A stretch of 64,000 nt of DNA from an uncultured Flavobacteriaceae bacterium (lineage in GTDB: Bacteria; Bacteroidota; Bacteroidia; Flavobacteriales; Flavobacteriaceae), in contig CALIIC010000027.1 of assembly GCA_938020445.1 (NCBI GenBank), forward strand, positions 123-64,122. Direction: 5' to 3'. Below the pieces are notes generated by a model. It searched no databases. It had not been told where the DNA came from and was given only the letters and a program-made list of their open reading frames with translations. Both the position numbers and the translations under genes were made by a program. This document shows positions 57,704 through 64,000 of this stretch, one piece after another; within the stretch, counting starts at the first letter, position 1, and each line of letters opens with the position of its first letter.

Positions 57704-58534
57704 ATGCAACTATATAAAACAACGGAAGGCGCTGTTATACGAAAAGAGAACACCCTTTATTTTAAGAAAGTTACCGATTGGGATGGGTTTATAAATAGAT
57801 CGGATTTATACGCAGCCCTTTTAAAAGATTTGAAGGATTTCTCGGTACTCGAAGAGAAAAAATTGATAGCTAGCACTTTAGCCCCTATCGGAAATCAAGA
57901 AATATGGGCATCGGGAGTTACCTATATGCGTAGCAAACAAGCCCGTATGGAAGAATCAAAAAAAGCGGGTGGAGGTAGTTTTTATGATAAAGTCTATGAG
58001 GCCGAGCGCCCAGAGCTCTTCTTTAAGGCCAACGCCCAAAGAACGGTAGGCGATGGTGGCACCGTGCGAATACGCAAAGATTCGAGTTGGGATGTACCCG
58101 AGCCCGAACTCACCCTTTTTATTTGTAGCGAAGGCACTATCGAGGGGTATACCATTGGCAATGATATGAGTTCTAGAAGTATTGAGGGCGAAAACCCCTT
58201 ATACTTACCACAGGCGAAAACCTATGAAGGTTGCGCTGCCCTTGGTCCTTGTATCTACATCCCCGAAAAGCCGATTGGTGCGGATACAGAGATTTCCTTG
58301 GAGATTTTAAGAGGCGAAAAGTGTATTTTTTCAGGACGCATTTCCATCAGTCAAATGAAACGAAAACACAAAGAACTCTCCGCATTTCTATTCCGGGAAT
58401 GTAAATTCCCCAATGGTTGTTTTCTAATGACGGGAACGGGAATTGTTCCTCCGGACGATTTTAGTCTTCGAATAGGGGATGAAATTCGGATTCGCATAGA
58501 TCGGATAGGCATGCTTACTAATTTTGTTGGGTAA
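57704..58534 (+). CDS. Fumarylacetoacetate hydrolase family, 2-keto-3-deoxy-pentonate dehydratase-like
   Basis: WASGVTYMRS, ERPELFFK, VPEPEL, NDMSSRSIEGENPLYLPQAK. Confidence 0.85.
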   Translation: MQLYKTTEGAVIRKENTLYFKKVTDWDGFINRSDLYAALLKDLKDFSVLEEKKLIASTLAPIGNQEIWASGVTYMRSKQARMEESKKAGGGSFYDKVYEAERPELFFKANAQRTVGDGGTVRIRKDSSWDVPEPELTLFICSEGTIEGYTIGNDMSSRSIEGENPLYLPQAKTYEGCAALGPCIYIPEKPIGADTEISLEILRGEKCIFSGRISISQMKRKHKELSAFLFRECKFPNGCFLMTGTGIVPPDDFSLRIGDEIRIRIDRIGMLTNFVG

Positions 58535-58548
58535 GTTTAAAAGCCGAT

Positions 58549-60252
58549 TTAGGATATAGCCGACTCTTTGACTTTTGCAGCAGCTCTTGCTTTTTTAACT
58601 TCCATTTTTTTCAACATCCATTCAGGATAATCGGTAGGGTCTTCGGCTTCGTATATACGAAGCGCTTGATCTTCCTGTGGTTTTTTTAGGTCGTCTGGGT
58701 GACATCCTAGAATGGTTGCTGCAGTATCCACACCAGAATGGGAGGCCCCTGCGACACCATGAGAAAGAATGCTGGCCCCGCACAGGTATAGGTTTTCAAT
58801 TTCACTTTTGGACCGAAACGCAAAAGGCCCGATATGTTTCAGGCTCTTTTCGGTGCCGTAAACGTTCCCATCTGTGGTATTGATATAATATTCGTTGGTG
58901 ATCGGTGTTCCAAGTTCTTGGTGTACAATATGGTTCCGAATCCCGGGAACTGCTTTTTCCAATCCGTTCAACATTTTTACGGTAAGCTTTTCCTTGAAAT
59001 CGAGGTACTCCTGGGAACGCTGGGTTTCCTCATCCTTGTACTTCTCAAAACCTTGGTAATCGATAAAGGTAATCGCTTCTATAGTATGGTGTTTGCCATC
59101 AAAACTAGCAGGGTCTTTTAGAGTCGTACAACTGACGAACATGCCCTCAAAAGCTATGCCTTCAGCAATATCGGCACTCAGTATTTCGTCATAAAAATCA
59201 TCTGCATCACGATTGGGCATCATCCAGATATTCCCTGAGTCCAAGCCCGCTTTCCGAACATCCATGTCTACCGTTAAGAATAACATTAATGAGGTACAGG
59301 AGTATTTGGTTTTTTGTAATTTCTTTTGCAATTTTTTGCTTAAGTGTTCCCTTCCGATCAAATCGTTATAGGTAATTCCTACATCTGCATTAGAGATGAT
59401 ACGATCTGCCATTAGTTTTGAACCATTCTCAAGTTGTACTCCTACCGCTTTTTTTAGCGTTGTTCCCTCCAATAAGATTTTGGCGACAGCTGTACTAGTG
59501 CGTACTTCACCTCCATGATTTTTAATGGCATTTGTCATGGCTTTGATCAAAGCGCCACCACCACCCATAGGGTAGTACCCTCCTTGAAAGTAATGGTACA
59601 TTAATGCACTATGAAGCACAAAGGCGGCCTTTCTTGGTTGAACGCCATGATCCCCACACTGTATATTCAAAATATTCTTTAACAAGGGGTCTTTGATGTG
59701 CCAGTTGATGACCCGTCGTACGTTGAACAGGCCGTACTTGCCAAAATGTCGCGTTCTATAGGGAAGCGTAAGTTTTTGCCAAAAGCCTTTGATATAAGGC
59801 AATGAATACAGCTCCTCACTTACTTTTCTGATTAGGTTTAGATACTTGTTTATTTGCTTTTTCTCCTTAGGGAACCGTTCTGAAAGTCTTGCTATTAACT
59901 GATCAAAATTGGCTGGAAAATCAAAATGTTCATCCCCGACTCGAACATGTTCGTAGGCATCGGGATTCATTCGAAAAAAAACCAATTCGTTCGCGATACC
60001 CAAACCTCTGTAAAGGTCATTGGTAGCCTCGCCCTCTCCTAGAAGTCCAACATAATGTACACCTGGTGTAAAACGATGCCCATTGAGGTAAAAGCTATGG
60101 CACCATCCGCCAGGAACATCGTGCTGCTCAAGCACCAGTACCTTTTGTCCTTCACGGGCCAAGCAAATGGCAGCGGCCAAACCACCAGCTCCGGAACCTA
60201 TTATAATGGTATCGTAGTGTTCGTCGAAACTGTTTTTTGCCTTTTCTGACAT
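58549..60252 (-). CDS. Phytoene desaturase / retinol-saturase family FAD oxidoreductase (ORF track start 60321)
   Basis: IIGSGAGG, LEQHDVPGG, GVHY, YPMGGG, LYLCGAS. Confidence 0.85.
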   Translation of the reverse strand: MSEKAKNSFDEHYDTIIIGSGAGGLAAAICLAREGQKVLVLEQHDVPGGWCHSFYLNGHRFTPGVHYVGLLGEGEATNDLYRGLGIANELVFFRMNPDAYEHVRVGDEHFDFPANFDQLIARLSERFPKEKKQINKYLNLIRKVSEELYSLPYIKGFWQKLTLPYRTRHFGKYGLFNVRRVINWHIKDPLLKNILNIQCGDHGVQPRKAAFVLHSALMYHYFQGGYYPMGGGGALIKAMTNAIKNHGGEVRTSTAVAKILLEGTTLKKAVGVQLENGSKLMADRIISNADVGITYNDLIGREHLSKKLQKKLQKTKYSCTSLMLFLTVDMDVRKAGLDSGNIWMMPNRDADDFYDEILSADIAEGIAFEGMFVSCTTLKDPASFDGKHHTIEAITFIDYQGFEKYKDEETQRSQEYLDFKEKLTVKMLNGLEKAVPGIRNHIVHQELGTPITNEYYINTTDGNVYGTEKSLKHIGPFAFRSKSEIENLYLCGASILSHGVAGASHSGVDTAATILGCHPDDLKKPQEDQALRIYEAEDPTDYPEWMLKKMEVKKARAAAKVKESAIS

Positions 60253-60301
60253 ACGGTAGCGGTCGAATAATTTATTTTTCGAAGATAGGAATAAATGAAC
60301 C

Positions 60302-60988
60302 CTATTCCAACGTTTTGGCAATGGCTGCCTCTACCAAGGGCTCCATGACTTGATACCCTTCAACAGTGGGATGCACCTCATCTGCGGCATATTTTGGAGG
60401 TAGGCCATTGCGTTCGTCGGCCATGGCAGTAAAATAATCGAGATATACATGGCCTTTTTCAGAAGCGTAGCTTTTTAGCATTTTGTTCAAGGTTACGATT
60501 TTCTCGGCAGGTTCCAAACCGGGCTTCCAAGGGTAATCGTAGGCGGGTAGGGTAGAGGACACTATGACTTTAATACCGTTTGCATCTGCCAATTCGGCCA
60601 TTGATTTGATGTTGTCGGCAATCATTTCCAAGGTTGACGGACCAGTATTACCTGCAATGTCATTGGTTCCGGCCAATATCACGACTACTTTCGGCTGCAG
60701 TGCCAACACATCTTGTCGAAACCGTAGGAGCATTTGAGGAGTGGTTTGGCCGCTAATCCCTCTGTTAACATACGGTTTGCCTTCCCAAAATGAGGGTCTG
60801 GAGTTCAACCATCCGATGGTGATGGAATTACCCATAAAAACAACGCGATTTTCTCCTTCTTTCGGAGCGCCCAGCGCAGCGTTCTGCTTTTGAAACTCCT
60901 TTAGATTTGCCCAGTCTTGTCCACAAGTGGTGCTAACGAAGCCTACGCTTAATAAAAGTGATAAAATGGCTGATTTTATTTTTTTCAT
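60302..60988 (-). CDS. SGNH/GDSL hydrolase
   Basis: FMGNSIT, NRGISGQTT, GTND, DEVHP. Confidence 0.92.
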   Translation of the reverse strand: MKKIKSAILSLLLSVGFVSTTCGQDWANLKEFQKQNAALGAPKEGENRVVFMGNSITIGWLNSRPSFWEGKPYVNRGISGQTTPQMLLRFRQDVLALQPKVVVILAGTNDIAGNTGPSTLEMIADNIKSMAELADANGIKVIVSSTLPAYDYPWKPGLEPAEKIVTLNKMLKSYASEKGHVYLDYFTAMADERNGLPPKYAADEVHPTVEGYQVMEPLVEAAIAKTLE

Positions 60989-61000
60989 TGGTATGATTTT

Positions 61001-62635
61001 TTATTTAAGTCCCTTCCTTTGATGCACAATATCGGCGGTCATAATGGTCGCTGGAACCTTGCCGAATTCCGCTCGTACAAAGTTTAAAATATCCCTGATT
61101 TCCTCATCTTTCAAATTTTGGTACCCCGGCATTTCTCCTTGATATTGTATTCCATTGACCGTAATCGGGGTGTTCAATCCGCCTAAGGTGACATCTACCA
61201 GTCGGGCAACATTGCCGGTCACCCATTCACTATCTACCAAGGGGGGAATTTGCCCTTCGCTTCCTTTGCCATTTGGTGCGTGGCAGGCTGCGCAATGCAT
61301 CGCATAGGATTTGGCGCCTTTTGATAAGGATGCATCCGAGGTACGGATACCATATTGCTCAGACTTTTGAGGAATCGCGGTAGGTTCCTCCATTAGGTTC
61401 CTAGTGCTTTGTAAAGACGCAAGCTGGTTCTTTATCTGCATATCGGCTACTTGTATCTTAATTATGCGATCCCCTTTCGATTTTGGAAGACTGTCATAGA
61501 GCCACGGTTGGTATCCTTGATGTCCGTCCATATTACTGGTGGCCAAATACAATTCTCCTTCACTACCAACAGCCACATCGCGTAACCTTCCCAAAACATT
61601 TTGAAAAAAGAAGTGTTCCTTGGTTATTTTTTCACCTTCTTTGTCCAACTCAAGTACTCGTAATGATTGTGCCTTTAGGGTGGTCAGTAATAATGAATTG
61701 CGCCATTCGGGGATAGCAGGATGATCATAAAAACACATCCCCGCAGTGGCAATAGTGGGGGTCCATGCAAATAACGGTTCTTCGGTGTTGGTAGTTTCGC
61801 AAAACTTTTTCTCATTGTCCAGGTCGCAAAACCCATGAACATCTGGCCAGCCATAATTTTGCGCTTTTCGTATTAGATTTACCTCATCGTCATTATTCGG
61901 CCCATGTTCCGAGGAATAGATTCGATTATTGCCTTGGGTCAACCCTTGTGGGTTTCTATGACCAACGCTCCAAACAGGGTTGTTCGGGTAGGGATTGTCC
62001 GCAGGAACGCTGCCATCCAGATGAAGGCGTAGTATTTTTCCGTTCAGGGTTTGAGTATCTTGGGTTGATTTGGTATCACCGGCATCTCCGGTACCGATCC
62101 ATAACTTCCCTTCATCAATAAGCATTCTGCTCCCATTGTGATAGGTACTACCGGGAATTGAATCAAAAACAATATGAGGTTCTTCCAAAATACTGTCCTT
62201 AAGAGTATACCGTACAATTTTGGAAACGACATGATCCATAAGGTCTTTTCCTTTTACAGAACTGGTATAGTGAACAAATAAATGGGGAGTTTGCTCAAAA
62301 TCTGGGTGCAGCACCATACTTAAAAGTCCGGTGGATTTTCTGTAAAATACATCTGGAACGGTGGCCAATAGCTGTTGTTTTCCACTTTGCGTATGAATTC
62401 GTTGAATGGTTCCTTTCTGCTCTGTAAAATATAACCAATTATTGGGACCGGGAGCGAGACTCCAAGGGATATCGAGACCCGTTGTCAACTCTGTCATCAA
62501 AAGCAGGGTAGAATCTAATTGAAGCTGAGCAAAATAATTAGTGCCGTCCCAAGTGCTTTTAACTTCTTTTGTGCAGTTTTGGAACAAAACCGATATGCCT
62601 ACTAATAAGATAAATAGACCGAACTGTTTTTTCAT
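61001..62635 (-). CDS. PQQ-dependent sugar dehydrogenase family lipoprotein with C-terminal cytochrome c
   Basis: HNGSR, GHRNPQG, EHGP, NYGWP, GRLRDV; CAACH haem motif. Confidence 0.88.
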   Translation of the reverse strand: MKKQFGLFILLVGISVLFQNCTKEVKSTWDGTNYFAQLQLDSTLLLMTELTTGLDIPWSLAPGPNNWLYFTEQKGTIQRIHTQSGKQQLLATVPDVFYRKSTGLLSMVLHPDFEQTPHLFVHYTSSVKGKDLMDHVVSKIVRYTLKDSILEEPHIVFDSIPGSTYHNGSRMLIDEGKLWIGTGDAGDTKSTQDTQTLNGKILRLHLDGSVPADNPYPNNPVWSVGHRNPQGLTQGNNRIYSSEHGPNNDDEVNLIRKAQNYGWPDVHGFCDLDNEKKFCETTNTEEPLFAWTPTIATAGMCFYDHPAIPEWRNSLLLTTLKAQSLRVLELDKEGEKITKEHFFFQNVLGRLRDVAVGSEGELYLATSNMDGHQGYQPWLYDSLPKSKGDRIIKIQVADMQIKNQLASLQSTRNLMEEPTAIPQKSEQYGIRTSDASLSKGAKSYAMHCAACHAPNGKGSEGQIPPLVDSEWVTGNVARLVDVTLGGLNTPITVNGIQYQGEMPGYQNLKDEEIRDILNFVRAEFGKVPATIMTADIVHQRKGLK

Positions 62636-63081
62636 AACGCTTCCTTTTCTTGTGCTGTGAGTTGTAATTCGGTAAGGAGCTTTTGCTTGGTAGGCCTTTG
62701 TGAAAATAGATAGAGGATTAAAAATGCGGCAATGGCCAGATGCATTGCATTGCCTTTTAGATAATATGCTACCAATGCAATGAGTGCGGGCCCTTCTGCT
62801 AGTGCGTACTTAATGATGGAGGCGTTCTGATATTTTCCTAGTTTAGACGTTAGCGACGCTTCTCTTGTTATTTTTTCGATGTTTTTTTGATAGAGGGTTT
62901 TCCCAAGAAAGTAACCTGTTGCGGCAAAAATCGGTACGATATAGATAAAAAAATCTTCGCTGTCAATGCCAGCTACAAAACCACCTTGCTTCCAATAAGC
63001 AAAGGCCGCAAAGGCTATAAGCCCGGCTGACAACGAAAAATGAATTGAAGCAAGGGTCTTTAAGAATGTTTTTGGTTGCAT
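62632..63081 (-). CDS. Hypothetical membrane protein (ORF track start 63171)
   Basis: About 4 TM; KYQNASIIKYALAEGPAL. Confidence 0.7.
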   Translation of the reverse strand: MQPKTFLKTLASIHFSLSAGLIAFAAFAYWKQGGFVAGIDSEDFFIYIVPIFAATGYFLGKTLYQKNIEKITREASLTSKLGKYQNASIIKYALAEGPALIALVAYYLKGNAMHLAIAAFLILYLFSQRPTKQKLLTELQLTAQEKEAL

Positions 63082-63094
63082 AAAAGAAGTTCGA

Positions 63095-64000
63095 TTAGTT
63101 GACCGGTACCGCATGTAATAATTCCATACCTGTTGAAGACCTTGGTTTAAAACCATACCAGTCTTTTTCATTGGAATTTTCTGGAATAGCGAGGTATTTC
63201 GAATAGTCTTTCTTTTTTAAGTAGGTCCCCAAAAAAGCCGTAACAAAGTGTTGATTGATATTATTTATCCTTCGTTGGTCCCATGAGGGTTCCGCATACC
63301 GGTAATATTCATCAATATGTAGGCCCGGTTTCAAAGAAGCGGCCGGGGGAGGATTCGGTGCTACGTTATGTCGTGCGTTCCTATAAGTAAGTAAATAGCG
63401 TTCCGCATTTACGGTGCCTTCATAAATTGCTTTAATTCCTTTTTCATATCCGGAGATATCATCTTGGCTTCCAGCTACTAAAAGAGTAGGGGTCTTAAGG
63501 CCTTTTAATCCCTCGGTATCCCAGACGCCGCGTTCCATCCCCCACGGCGCAAAAGCAACAACGGCCTTTATTCTTGGGTCTTTTTGAGCTTGGTATTCCG
63601 CAGTACTGGCCAAATGCACCGAAATAGCCTTGCTTCCCCCTGTCATTCCAACAAAGAAGCTGCCAAGACCATCACTATAACCGGCGCCTGCCACATTCAA
63701 AACGCCATAACCTCCCATTGAGTAACCAACAATTGCCGTATTATTGGAGTCGATCAAACTTGCGAGGGGATCTTTTGGGGTCGTTTTTTCGATATTCGCC
63801 ATTTGATTCAGAACAAAACGGATGTCTTTGCTACGATTCAATAAGGTGCTTTGAAATGCGTTCGCATCTTTAAAAGTAGATTCTGTATGATCTATTGCAA
63901 CTACGATGTACCCTTTGGAAGCTAAATTCTCTGTGAGATAGGTCATTAAATACCGGGAACCTACGTATCCATGGGAAACAATTACTAGCGGAAACGCTCC
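63095..64000 (-). CDS. Alpha/beta hydrolase (dienelactone hydrolase / PAF-AH-like), 5' truncated by the window edge
   Basis: GYIVVAIDH, nucleophile elbow [14 protein letters not shown]; frame continues upstream (VSHGYVGSR). Confidence 0.85.
   Translation of the reverse strand, partial: GAFPLVIVSHGYVGSRYLMTYLTENLASKGYIVVAIDHTESTFKDANAFQSTLLNRSKDIRFVLNQMANIEKTTPKDPLASLIDSNNTAIVGYSMGGYGVLNVAGAGYSDGLGSFFVGMTGGSKAISVHLASTAEYQAQKDPRIKAVVAFAPWGMERGVWDTEGLKGLKTPTLLVAGSQDDISGYEKGIKAIYEGTVNAERYLLTYRNARHNVAPNPPPAASLKPGLHIDEYYRYAEPSWDQRRINNINQHFVTAFLGTYLKKKDYSKYLAIPENSNEKDWYGFKPRSSTGMELLHAVPVN

Overview
64 kb of a Flavobacteriaceae (Bacteroidota) chromosome, judged from TAnnTTTG promoter elements, a T9SS-type C-terminal domain, lipoproteins and typical gene order. 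The first ~1.77 kb is visibly more AT-rich and lies at the 3' end of a tRNA-Met. It holds an integron-integrase-like tyrosine recombinase with a palindrome plus GTT-core site just downstream, and a divergent Zn-ribbon gene; both genes are one base short in an A-run near their 5' ends. The rest is mostly housekeeping and metabolic: HU, fmt, recQ, murA, photolyase operon, SSS transporter, maf, kdsC, ccsBA, MATE, bshB1, tRNA-His, a hydroxyproline catabolic operon and cydAB. The most notable items are (1) the integrase/att-like locus, (2) a leader-peptide/RNA-structure attenuator in front of the MATE pump, (3) a cNMP-kinase / REC-TrxB (no CxxC) / zf-UBP / GNAT operon, (4) a 14-unit heptamer array with an inverted partner at the photolyase start, (5) an unannotated 33-aa membrane ORF and (6) several operator-like palindromes. 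Family assignments come from recognised motifs only; no searches were run.
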